A stretch of DNA of 38,779 nucleotides from Octopus bimaculoides. Lineage: Eukaryota. Shown in pieces: positions 24,865 through 37,143 of the stretch (positions within the stretch are counted from its first letter, which is position 1; each line of letters opens with the position of its first letter). The stretch lies in the NCBI RefSeq assembly GCF_001194135.2, contig NC_068992.1:8851018-8889796 (forward strand), read 5' to 3'. The notes under the pieces were generated by a model. That model was not told where the DNA came from. It made no database searches and saw only the letters and a list, made by a program, of their open reading frames with translations. Both the position numbers and the translations under genes were made by a program.

Positions 24865-25035
24865 CAATGTGGTCATGGTTGGACTTCGATGAAAGGCAGA
24901 GTTATATTTTGGTTTCATTTGAATTTCGCAACTAGTTCTGGTTATGTGATGTTTAAATTATATGGCCAACAATGCATGCGATGTAAAAATGGTTGTTATG
25001 AACCAGCAATGTGGTACCCTGAAGAAGTTGTAAAA
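24865..25035 (+). CDS. Exon of 3CxxC zinc-finger (RTP-like) gene, core of domain
   Basis: Acceptor tatttgttatag, donor aaa|gtgagt, 171 nt, phase 0/0. Encodes QCGHGWTSMKGRVIFWFHLNFATSSGYVMFKLYGQQCMRCKNGCYEPAMWYPEEVVK. Joined to the previous exon it gives CQQC-x-H-x-WTS ... G-x-V ... GQQCMRC, which aligns with RTP CxxCxHxWxS...GxV...QxCxxC. Confidence 0.92.
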
Positions 25036-25402
25036 GTGAGTGAATTAACTTTCCATTATTACATTTGTCTCTGCTTCTGTTTTCGTCTCGGTCTGTCTGT
25101 CTCCACTCTCTATTCTCCCTCTGTCTATATATATATATATATATATATATNNNNNNNNNNNNNNNNNNNNNNNNNNNNNNNNNNNNNNNNNNNNNNNNNN
25201 NNNNNNNNNNATGATAGATCGCTAGCCACTATGCCTTTTTCTATTTTCACTCCCTGTTTATTTCTTTATTTCCTTTCTGTCGAAGAGTGTAAGCTCGAAA
25301 CGTAAAAGACTTTCTCACTTCCCGAGTGTTAAACTAATACATCTGTTTGTTGTTTATATACCCGTCTTCGTCTTTTGTGTTTTTTTTTTTGTAAATTCTC
25401 AC

Positions 25403-25444
<42 letters not shown>

Positions 25445-25450
<6 letters not shown>

Positions 25451-27290
25451 CAGTAACATTGTAGACATATTGCTGAAGCCTATTCTAAAATACATACCAA
25501 GCGTTGTAAGATGTGACTGAGGCCTGTTAAACCACCTCTCAGAAAATATGTAAACCGTCTCACATATATAATAAAGTAAATCTCTATCCTACTATCTCAT
25601 GCACTATAGATCAGAAGCCATACAATTCCTCAATGAAAATTTCCTCAATGAAATACCAGAGCGAATAGATAAAAATAAATTACTGCAGGAATTAAATTTA
25701 TCGCACAAAATGATTTTTTCAACTTTAGTGACAACATTTACGAACAAATACCTCGAACTGCAATGAGAATGGTGGTTGCCCCAACGTACACCAATTTGGT
25801 CATGGCATCCGTTGGCGTCCAAATATGCGAACAATCCAGACTGAAGTACCACATCGACTTCTCCAAATTATCTATTAAAAAATTGGAGAGATAACTTAGA
25901 TGACTACTTCATTCTGGTTTTGACCAACTTATTGATTTCAAAATTTTGATTAATAAACAACGGGAATAATAAACACTATGGAATAGAAAATCGACTGTCC
26001 TTCCTGGATATCTTAAAAATAAAAAAAGGATATAAATATTGAAACTGACAGCCACTACAAATATACAGACTCTTAAAAATGCTTATTAAACTCTTGCGAT
26101 GCAAAACATACGAAAACGAATGTAACTGTTTCATCTATAACGAAGAATATATTCATTCATTTCGAATTTTGAAACTCAAAATATAAGACTCCAAGAATTA
26201 TACCAAATTCTACTTGAAACCCAGTCTTCGAAAAAATTATTAATGTAATAGAACGTGACAAGGCAAAAGAGGTTTAAGAATCACATATTACAAAAATAAT
26301 GCGCCAAATATTCTGCCTTACGTCACAACAGATAACTCGAGAAAAACAGAAACATTCAATGCAAGATCGAAGAATGAAACAAGCACTCGAAATACACAAA
26401 ATAATCAAAAGCAAAAAACAACCTAAATTTCTAAAAGTATTGCTTACTAACGCCAAATTATCCACCGCTTACACAACACCTATACTAAAAAAAAAATGCG
26501 GTCAGCCTGACTGCAGAATTTGCATCAACATTATAGAAGACATTATAAATTCACATCAGAACATATTTCACTGGAAAAAAAATCTCTTCATTTGTACATC
26601 AAAAATCTTAATTTATACTACAAAATGTAACAGCTGTAATGAAGATTTCACAAGGTAAAAGAAGCGCTCCGCAAGAAACAAGACTGGGTATTCATAGGCA
26701 GTAAATACTAAATTCTAATGACGGGACAGATTCTGCTAAGTGAACACCTAAGATTTACGTGCAACAAACAAATCACCAAAATTCCTAGCATGGCAATTTA
26801 AGCCAGAATTTCTCTATAAAAAGGAGTAAATGTTTTAATTCCAGTCAGACTCGAGACAATACGACATTGTTCTCAGTCCTTTCATTTACAGTATTTCCAG
26901 TATGATGGAATTGTAAAATGGTTAAGTAAATGTAAATAAATATTTTGAAAGACTTCAAGCGCATTTTTATTTTTTCCTTTCTTTATACTGCACGTCTATA
27001 TTCCTCTGTGTGTGTATTTGTGAATATGTTAACTAATATATACTAACTTTACTAATTTGCTTTTATTAACTAACATACAAAACTATATCATTCTGTACAT
27101 CTTACTTAACACGGATATTCTATCAAAAGCCACAAATATTATCATCAATGTGTTCACTAACGTGAGTCAACGGTTATCATGTATTAGTAGTTGTGAAGAC
27201 GATGGCTAGAAGAATGCGAAGAATCTCATGTATTTCATTCGTCATAAGAGATATGCACACACTAGATTATGCAACCCGCCTGAAACTAAC
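25445..27290 (+). mobile_element. Penelope-like element remnant (RT plus GIY-YIG)
   Basis: Degenerate TAMxxxVAPTYTNLVM (~25758-25806), W-R-x-LDDYFIL (~25884-25915) and LSFLDIL (~25990). Followed by CGQPDCRIC...FICTSKILIYTTKCNSC, the Cys-rich linker and start of a GIY-YIG endonuclease. Confidence 0.75.
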
Positions 27291-28110
27291 AGAAAAATAG
27301 CTCGAATTGAGAAAAGATATGGCTCAGCAGTTTGAGCTTCAATCGTGAGATAGTGAGTTTGATTCCTGGACCGGGCTGTGTGTTGTGTTCTTGAGCAAGA
27401 CACTTTATTTCACGTTTCTCCAGTTCACTGAGCTGCAGAAATGAGTTGCGACGTATCAGGTTTTCCCTTGGACAACATCGGTGGCGTGGAGAGGCGAGAC
27501 TGGTATGCATGGGCTTCTACCGGTCTTCCACAAACAAACAACCTTACCGGACTTGTGCTTCAGAGGGGAACTTTCTAGGTGCAATCCCATGGTCATTCGT
27601 AACTGAAGGGGTCTCTTTCGCCCTTCTCTTTATATATNNNNNNNNNNNNNNNNNNNNNNNNNNNNNNNNNNNNNNNNNNNNNNNNNNNNNNNNNNNNNNN
27701 NNNNNNNNNNNNNNNNNNNNNNNNNNNNNNNNNNNNNNNNNNNNNNNNNNNNNNNNNNNNNNNNNNNNNNNNNNNNNNNNNNNNNNNNNNNNNNNNNNNN
27801 NNNNNNNNNNNNNNNNNNNNNNNNNNNNNNNNNNNNNNNNNNNNNNNNNNNNNNNNNNNNNNNNNNNNNNNNNNNNNNNNNNNNNNNNNNNNNNNNNNNN
27901 NNNNNNNNNNNNNNNNNNNNNNNNNNNNNNNNNNNNNNNNNNNNNNNNNNNNNNNNNNNNNNNNNNNNNNNNNNNNNNNNNNNNNNNNNNNNNNNNNNNN
28001 NNNNNNNNNNNNNNNNNNNNNNNNNNNNNNNNNNNNNNNNNNNNNNNNNNNNNNNNNNNNNNNNNNNNNNNNNNNNNNNNNNNNNNNNNNNNNNNNNNNN
28101 NNNNNNNNNN

Positions 28111-28729
28111 AATCCAGTACCGGGATTGATTTAATCAACTTTCCTCTTCCCTTAAAAACTGCTGGCCCTGTGCCAAAATTTAAAACCATTGTTCTGTATA
28201 AGGTGACAAGCTGGCAGAATCATTATCATGCTTAGCGACCCTACATTCTGTGTTCAAATACTATTGAGGTCAACTACAACTTTCATCCTTTCGGAATCGA
28301 TAAAATAAGTACCAGTTGAGTACTGGGTCGATATAATTGACTAGCCCCTCCTCACACCCAAATTTCAAACCTTGTGCCTATAACAGAAAGGATTATTTGC
28401 TTTGTGTAAGACGACGCCCTGACAGAATCGTTAGCATTCCGGACAAAATGCTTAGCGGCATTACGTCTTTCTTTACGTACCGAGGCAGACTTTGCCTATT
28501 ATCTTTTCGGGGTCGGTAAAATAGGCACCAATCCAGTACCGGGATTGATTTAATCAACTTTCCTCTTCCCTTAAAAACTGCTGGCCCTGTGCCAAAATTT
28601 AAAACCATTGTTCTGTATAAGGTGACAAGCTGGCAGAATCATTATCATGCTTAGCGACCCTACATTCTGTGTTCAAATACTATTGAGGTCAACTACAACT
28701 TTCATCCTTTCGGAATCGATAAAATAAGT
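28111..28729. repeat. 200-bp identical direct repeat (28111-28310 = 28530-28729)
   Basis: Base-for-base identity at offset 419. The first copy begins immediately after an N gap. Confidence 0.9.
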
Positions 28730-29399
28730 GCCAGTTGAACACTGAAGGCGATGTAATCGATTTACTCCTTTCCTTAAAATTGCTGGCCTTGTGCCAACAT
28801 TTGAAACAATTATTTCTTCTGAGTTTTTCAAAAATTCCGTACTCGCTCATTCACTGACACTCAAATTCAATGAGTGAATCGCTATGATTTATCGAACATC
28901 TGGAACATTCACTCCTCCGTGAGGTGGGTAGATGATCAATGCACTTGATGTTAAATTGATATATTGTAGATTAGTTACCAAAATTGTTGAATGTAAGAGC
29001 GGTGCTCCAGTTTGGCTTTAGCTGTGATGGCGAAAAGAAACTAAAGAACAAAAAAATAAAAAGGCACACACACACACATCTATGATTCATAAGCAAGCTT
29101 CTAACATCTGGTTGTTTGAATTTCATCATTCCTTTCATCAGTCTGTATAAGAATGCACTTCATATCCAATCTAATCATCAGAAACGCCCAATAGGAATAA
29201 CTAGCTGTGAAGAGCCAGTTGTTTGATAGTCAGAAATAACATTCTCCCTTTACTGTTGAGTGTTGTATTACTCTTCTGGACTGACATCGTCCAGTCCATC
29301 CGGCGTTTCTCGAGAGTTACGTCTAACCAATTACACTGTGTAACAGAATCTAAAATATACATTTTTTTTTCTTGTCTTTGGTCAGTAAGTGTTATTTCC

Positions 29400-29700
29400 T
29401 ATTTGCTTCTGTTTAGGAAATGACTACTTTCCCCTTCAAACTTTGCTTTTGTGACCTGGACATCAATGTTTTTAATGTCAGAATCTTGCGTGTTTTAATG
29501 TCTATGGAGTGGATTTCTTCTATAGACCAGTCAAGTATCCAAATGTTGGAATCAGCGCTGGTACTACAAATACATTATGGGATAGTGTCTTGTTGTAAAC
29601 GGAGAGTTCCGACTGCCATATTTTTCTGAGCCTGGTATAATATCCTTGGATCACTCTATCTTTGTTCACAGTACATTCGTATGATATGTGTTCTTCAATG
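29400..29700 (-). mobile_element. R4/Dong-clade fragment (post-RT region)
   Basis: Minus strand reads YYTRLRKIWQSELSVYNKTLSHNVFVVPALIPTFG/LDWSIEEIHSIDIKTRKILT with one frameshift, matching RLRKI..SEL...NK..AIN..AVP...FG...W...E...D.KTRK.LT. Confidence 0.75.
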
Positions 29701-29804
29701 TTTAAGTGGTAATATGGAACTGAGATGACAAAGGAAATAAACTGTTATGTTATGAACGAAAATAGCTAACAGCTGTTTCTGCTGTATCGTCAAGTACTCA
29801 TATA

Positions 29805-30262
29805 CGAGCGGGTACCCAAAAGAAACCGGAATTTTGCAGTATTATTTTATTCACTTAGTTTTACATGTTTACCCTTTTACCGCCTTCAAAGTATTATCCA
29901 TTTGAAGCAATGCATTGGTCCAGAAGGATTTTCATTTGTTCGAAGCAGTCGTGGAACTCTGTCGTTTTTTCCTTCACCTCTTCCACATCTGCAAATTCCG
30001 TAGCACCAGCTTTCTTCGAAGAAAGGTCCGGATGAACTTCCAACTATTCTTTCGGTTCACGACACGCATTCAGTTGTGACTGCTTTTGACCTTCCGTGAG
30101 CAAGCGAGACAAATTTTGCTGCCACTCTTTTCATTTGCAATTCCTCGCTCAAAATCCGTTGGCAGGAGCTCTATGATACATCAGTCACATCAACAAGTTC
30201 GTCAGTTGTTTGGTGACGGTTCTCCAAGCTCAGTTCATGAATTTTCGAGATGCTTTCAATCG
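29805..30262 (-). mobile_element. Mariner remnant retaining the 3' TIR
   Basis: TA followed by cgagcgggtacccaaaagaaaccggaa (mariner-type TIR). Minus strand reads FADVEEVKEKTTEFHDCFEQMKILLDQCIASNG*YFE, the mariner C-terminus. Confidence 0.8.
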
Positions 30263-30724
30263 TTATTATTATTATTATTATTATTATAAACATTGGGTCA
30301 ATGATGAAATCCCGTTATTTTTGATAGAGAAACTGTTCACACGATGATGTAGTATTAACGATTTCTTCGTTCAGCAATTATATAAATGTGAATTTCAAAC
30401 AAAGGATAATTTTAGCTTTATACAAATACACCTGAACTTACATAATTACGAAAACTGGTCGATAACCTGTTGGCTTTGTAGACAATAGATTGAGTTGCAA
30501 ACGAATTAGAATAGTTACGTTGTTTCCAAATCCACTCTATATAAAAGAAGCCTTTTAACAAACATACCTTTACTTATATATACAGCTATTGAGATTAAAA
30601 CGTTATCAGAAGGCATATTAAAAGTTTACGACAGATATTTGTTAAATAGATAAAATTAGTCTATTGTAAGTAAGCTGCTAAAGACACGTAACTGTAAATA
30701 CATTTATATTCACACAGAACAAAA

Positions 30725-31055
30725 CGCTGGTATGGTTATGTAGCTAAGATGTTTTCTTTGCATGTGGGAACAAGCAAACCAGCAATTTATCGAAATCCAG
30801 ACGAAGAGAAGGAACTAGGGTTGACTGGGACACATCCAACGGAAACTTGTATCTAATATTACAAATCAAGTCTTCCGATGGACATTCCTATGGAGATGCA
30901 AGCGTGGTAGACTAAAATCAATATAGAGAAGGTCTACAGAAACTGAAGCACTGGCAGGCGGTCACACATCGGGACAACTACAATCCATTGCTAAAGACCA
31001 TGGCAGACGGAGTTCTACTGTTGGTGCCCTATGTTTCTCATAGATTTTAAGGATT
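30725..31055 (+). mobile_element. RTE/RTE-X-like LINE, decayed 3' end
   Basis: SNITNQVFRWTFLWRCKRGRLKSI*RRS...SIAKDHGRRSSTVGALCFS* resembles ITKQAL.W.P...RKRGRPK.TWRR...AQDR..WR..V.ALC. Confidence 0.6.
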
Positions 31056-32639
31056 AAGAAGCAGACTAGCTCCAAGTCGACCAAGGTCTTGTGTGAGAAA
31101 TTTGTTAGACAGAAATTTGCTAGACATCATCACCCGGTCCTTGAATACTTTTAACAGATTTCAATCAGCTGTAAGCGTTCGAGCCAGGTTTAACAGTACG
31201 AAGTACTTCCTTCTTTCCATCCACAAGTTTTGAAGGTTCTTACAAGTGGCAAGAACATTGCCCTTCCAATCAATAAATAAAAAAAACTGTCGATCGGCAA
31301 ATGGATTGATTCATTGTAAATGTTTTCGGTGGTCTTATCTATTTGAATCTGAAAACATCTTATATAAAACAAGTTACAAACTTGCAAATTTTATATTAAG
31401 GTAGTGAGTTGACAGAGAGAAAGAAAAGGGAGAGAAATAGAGAATGAGAGAGATGGGGGAGAAGAAATAGAGAGAGTTGAGTTGTTAGAACGTTGGACAG
31501 AATGTCATGCGGTATTTATTGTTACCTTTACGCTCAGTTCAAATTCCACCAATGTCGACTTTGTTTTTCATACTTCAGGAGTCGTTAAATAAATCACCAG
31601 TGAAACACCAAAGCTGATCTTTTTCTCTCAAACTCAAATACGTTTCGCTTCGAAAAAATCGTGGGAACAACTTGCAGTGTTCTTTTCTCCAGAAACGGAG
31701 AAGGATTGAGTTAGGGACACGAAACAACTTCTCATAGAACTTGTAGTAACGCCGTGCGCATGCGTAGAATTAAACAACCAAGCGTTCCCGCTCAATTCAT
31801 TCTCTTTCTCGCTGGCCAGCGATTGAGCATGGACGTATTAAAGCTGTCTCTCTACATCTTTCGGACTTACACTCGACAGCTCGCTCGCAACTGCATACCC
31901 ACGTCCCAACAACTATGCTCATACACACAGAAGCTGTAACAACAAGAACTAAAGATGTATATATTTACCACCTAAATAAAATGTTGTTTAAGTTGATAGT
32001 CTGGAGTTCAGCGTTCCGTTATATTCTAAGTTTATAGTAGGAAAGTCAGGTATACAATCTAAAGATGTATAACCCACTTTCTACTATAAACTAATATGTT
32101 GTACAAAATCTATATTAACGATTAAGAGGTAATATTTATCTTCACTTCAACGCGGATGTTCCATTTGAACAAACTATATTGCAGTAATTACTATGAGAGA
32201 AACTCTCATATTGGATCTTAGGTGCAAAATGCACTCTTGTTTATACGACTAGCGAGGAGATAAATCCCCGCCATTTCCAGCGCCGAGACCACCAGATCAC
32301 ATGATTTCGACCTTGTTGTTCAAGGCGAAAAATATACCACAGAGCACGGAATGAAAAGGTAATACCCAACTACTGGGTAGGCCTATGGCCCGTCAGTCCA
32401 GAAGTTTCCTACTGCCTGCTCTTTTGGCAGGTCTACCATCCATTGACGGCTTGCTAGGTCTGTTACAACTGGAAGTGTTATGGTCAAGAACACGACGCAT
32501 TTCCCAGTCCAGGAATCAAAACCACAACCATGCAATCATGAGGCCCAACACCCTTAAACACTGAGCCACACGCTTCCACCATCGGGCACGGAATTTGAAT
32601 AAAAAGTTTTATTGGAATTGTATTTTAATATTGTTTAAA

Positions 32640-32900
32640 ATCTTTAAAATTTCTTTTATCATAGGATTGTTCTTTCAAGAGGCACACTTACGTAATCTGA
32701 TGTAATTACGTCTGTTTACATCAATATAAAGATGTGTATACGTATAAGGATCCTTTCTGTTGAACTGATTGCCAACATTTACAGAACATACAATACCAAC
32801 TTTAGATATATCGAAGAACAAAGGCTACACTTATTAACTTTTCCTCGGTAAGTTTTCTAAGTGTAGCATTACAAACTGGGAAGGTGTACGTTCTATAACG
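32640..32900 (-). mobile_element. Possible second Penelope-like fragment
   Basis: Minus strand IVCSVNVGNQFNRKDP...LYIDVNRRNYIR weakly resembles IVF.S.KIGN.F..KD...YIG.T.R.L. Confidence 0.35.
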
Positions 32901-35222
32901 TGAAAATAAGCCAAGAAGAGCATAAGTAAATAAATATTAAGAACAGATTTCATCAGCTGATTAAAACAATAGGTTTCCTATATATCGCTCTTTTGTTTGT
33001 CTTTATTTCCTGTAAATTTTGTCATTGTTAATTACAATTTATAAACCATTGTTTCTTTATCATAATAATGTATATTATATTCCAGTAGGTAGACGTATGC
33101 ATGAGAGAGAGGTGGTGAGGTTAACAAAAGTGTCTTTGTGTCTGACTATGTGAATGAATGAATTATGAACAAATATGATTGTATGGTTAACAACATTTGT
33201 TTTGCAACCCTATGATTCTGAGTTCAGTCCTAGTGTGCGGTAGTACTAGCGGCAAAAGTCTACAACTTTAGCCTCGAGTTAGGCCAATACATTGTGAGTG
33301 GAATTTGATAGATGGAAACTACCCGGAAGACCGTTGCACGCGCGGTATGTTGTCGAATTAGCAGCGTCGTTAATTGGGTAGATAGATGCTTTGCGATATT
33401 TTCTCCGGCATCTGGGCTGTAAGTTCTAAACCTACATAAGTCAACTTTGCATTTTATCCTTTTCGGGTCCATAAAAAGTAAAGCATCGGCCTGTAGCAGA
33501 GGATTGGCAGAATGTTATACGTCGAGCGAGATGTCTTGTAGCTCTGTACGTTCTGAGCGTATCATTGGAATGGTGATAAACTTAGGATGTACCCCAAGTA
33601 TTTCAATTGATACCATCTGACCATCAGCGTACCATATGACAGGAAAAATTCAAGTGAACTTTTATCAAACAATATTGAACGATATATGTGGTGGGGGGGG
33701 GGGAGAAAGAAAGAGAATGAGACTTATCTGCTGGTAACAACGATCCCATTAGAGGTGGGTGTATTGGAATGCCATAGCTGACGATGGGCAAGCACACACT
33801 GAAGTTTAACAACTGCAGATATTTCTGGGCAGAGACGGTGACGAATACAACGGACAGTGAACAGACATCTCCATGAAATTATGTAGAACTGCTGAGCAAG
33901 TTGATTATGGCTTATGTCATCAACAATTAATTCAATGGAAATTACCTCATGCGATAAATTGCGAGAGTTTCTCTTTAACCTCACTCTGTGACGAAGATCA
34001 AAAGCTCGAAACGTTAAATAAACTATTTACTCATCACGGCAATTAAACTTTTGAGCTCATATTATAATACACATAAGATAGAACCAGCTGGCAGCCAAAC
34101 CACATCAGCAGCAAAAATCTCCTGTGTCGCGTTGTTTGTTGCGTTGTTTGTCGTTAACATTTGAGGAACTGGAACAAACCGTGAGATGATGGCCTCCTCT
34201 CCGACGGACGACGATCTCGTGGAGTTTTATCCTTTTCGTGTCCAAAGTCACAATGCCAGATATGTATGTTTCATACATAAGTCTTTTTAGCATAGGCACA
34301 ATGCCAGAAATTTTGATGAAGGGCCAAATGAATTACATTGACCTCAGTGTTCAACTGGTACTTATTTAATCGACAGCGAAGGTATGACAAGCAAAGTAGA
34401 CCTCGGCCGAATTTGAACTCAGAATGCAAAACTGGAATAAATGCCGCTAAGCATTTTGTCCAGCACGATAACGATGCTACCTGGTCGTATTTATATATAA
34501 TGACCTTATTTCACAAACATAAAACTAATGAATGTAGAAATACAATTATGTATATTATAGCTGCTGAATTTTTTTACTTTGTAATATGAGAGATATGAGT
34601 ATGCATTTACGCAAATCGTTTATTGATAAAACGGAATGCCAGGGATGAACTAAGGATCAATGCCCTACATCAAATTATCATAATATAATATATTCTTGTC
34701 GTTTACTGATATCTTTCGTTGTGACATAAACAAACATAATTGCTTCATGAACTTCTGGTACAACACAAAGATCTCATAAAACAATTTATGATTGTCTAGT
34801 TGTAGGTTACTCTCTATTATATATTGCATTTTATTAGGAGGACGCTATGAAAATTACCATATACGCTTTTTCTGATAAGGAAAAACCAAAAAGAAAAATA
34901 GTGACGAAAAGAGAGTATCTAGATAGAACGCTCGAGAAATTTAAAAATTGAGAAAAAGAATCGTTTGTATATTAGAAATTAGTGACCTACGTTTCATTCG
35001 GCAAGAGTACGCCCGTTGGGCTAGAGATAGAACTTTCTGAAGGCTTGCTAGCTGCCTTCAGCTCTGGAAAATGAAACGGTTCTCAGTCTGTTAAGGTGAT
35101 ATCTGAGGTAGGATTCTAAAAACTTGCAACTGCCTACTTTCCTCTGAGAGTATGGTGAATTACCCTGGCTACATAAGTGGAAGAAGTGGAGCCCGTAGAA
35201 GACGCTCTCATTTTATTTCAAC

Positions 35223-35272
35223 GATCGGCAAAAAAGCAAAGATCGGCAAAAAAGCAATGATCGGCAAAAAAG
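35223..35272. repeat. 18-bp tandem repeat x2.8
   Basis: Unit gatcggcaaaaaagcaaa. Confidence 0.9.
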
Positions 35273-35701
35273 AACCGATTGATTGTTTAATCAGCACATT
35301 AAGCAAAACGATCAATTAGTTGGTTAGATATATCACCAATTGACTATTAATAAAGAAGTTGTATTGAACCAGTGCGTGTGTTATTATTATTGGCGTAATG
35401 GCCCTCCCAAGATACAACAAAATAAAAGATATGAACTTTTAGTGCATTTGATCCCAACACCTGGCGAACAAATTAGAATTTTTAGCAGACACATAATTAG
35501 ACATCGACCGCAGTAAAATTGAATTCGGTCGAGAGAGTCTTTTATTCAAAGACACGTACAAAGAGATAGTAAGTTCTAGCAGTATGATAAATTGAGGTGT
35601 CGAATAACTGACCCCCATCAATTTACTTAAATTCATAACCACCAATGTCATGTGTTCCATTTATTCTAACCTTTCTACGTTGTACTATGGCTTTCTAAAC
35701 C

Positions 35702-35754
35702 TTAGATATAACTGTCATTGTTAGATATAACTGTCATTGTTAGATATAACTGTC
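35702..35754. repeat. 19-bp tandem repeat x2.8
   Basis: Unit ttagatataactgtcattg. Confidence 0.95.
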
Positions 35755-37070
35755 GTAAAACGATCCTTTAACCGACGTAAGTACATAAAATCGAACCTTT
35801 GTTCTATAATGAGTGACAGTAGACTGTCTGGGTTAGCTAGGCTCTCTACTGAAAGACTATTGACCACAGAGGAAGGTTATAAAAAAATTAATATATTTAA
35901 GACTAAATGCGAGACGAAAAAAGTTGTATTGCTGTGTACGGTTTTTGAAGTGTTTCGTTTTGTTTTTATTTTATATTCAAAATGTGAAATTAAATAACTC
36001 TCATGTTTCTCCCCCCCCCCTCTCTCTCTCTCATGGTTTGAATACAATGGTTGAATACAATTATTAGTTTATGTGTTACTAAATAGTTACAATAGCTATT
36101 TCATATTGTAATTCTTCCAGTTTCAACACAAGTTTCAAGCATTTTCTTTGGATTTCCCTTTCCCATTAGTCGTAATTGATTTTGTTGATTCGTCCTGGTC
36201 GGCTCTGGCCAAGCAAATCTTATGATCAAAGGCGGTTATTCTAGCTTTGGCTATTCCTTCTGATTAATGTCCTGTGAGACTACGTTCGACAAAACACTTG
36301 TAAATGAAATGACCCATATATATACACACACAACCTGAACGTTACTTAATGTTACAGGTTCAATGGCTGTTTTATTGCATGTATGGACTAAACAAGTCTT
36401 TTAAATCATACTTTTGTTTATAATTTACATGTATTGGTGGCATGTATTCGGTTTTGCTTATTTACATATTTACATCTTGAAGTTGGCTTTTCTGTTGCTA
36501 ATGTTACAGTTGTTGTTGCTGTGATTGGGGCAAACATTGTTTACAATAACATTACATTTGAATATCTTAAATGAATATTTAAATAGGTGATAAAAACTAA
36601 AAAGAAAAAACTGTATAAATGCATTTATCTCCCTTTTTGTCATGAGCATCCATGTAAATTTTCCACTGCTCCCCTCCGTGGGGGGAGGCGATACTCTCCC
36701 TTTTGAGAAGCATTGACGTAAAGGTTTCTTGTCAGCATTAACTGTACAAACGCACACACATACATATATTTAATATATCACGTGATCGACCAGACTATCG
36801 GATGTTGTAATACATCGGTGGTCACAGTGTGTTTTGCATAGTTTTAGCTTTCGAATGATGCTATCCTATTAGCTAAGCGAGCAGGACAACAGACTCTCTG
36901 TTCGGAGAGCTAATCCATAGCAGGGTTACCCGTTCGCAGTTGAGTTGATTGGAGCAACGTAAAATGAAAAGGTTTTCTCAACAACACCCTAGCCACGAGG
37001 CCACACGCCTTCATATATTCATATATANNNNNNNNNNNNNNNNNNNNNNNNNNTATATATATATATATAT

Positions 37071-37143
<73 letters not shown>

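Larger units (their letters stand above)
34600..35900 (+). mobile_element. Highly decayed hAT transposase (ZMYM1-like C-terminus)
   Basis: LLKFI...YSNLSTLYYGFL...ITVVKRSFNRRKYIKSNLCSIMSDSRLSGLARLSTE matches the hAT dimerisation motif FPNL...FLT...ERSFS.L..IK..LRSTM...RL.GLA.LS.E. Left boundary is uncertain. Confidence 0.6.

Noticed and set aside
5953-28189. Long ORFs containing X runs (e.g. 5953-6483, 9528-10033, 13604-14540, 23674-24576, 27446-28189)
   Set aside because: They are artefacts of N gaps and flanking microsatellites.
35660-35700. LYYGF as the missing 3CxxC last exon
   Set aside because: No suitable acceptor or downstream H..CxxC; the context fits the hAT C-terminal motif.
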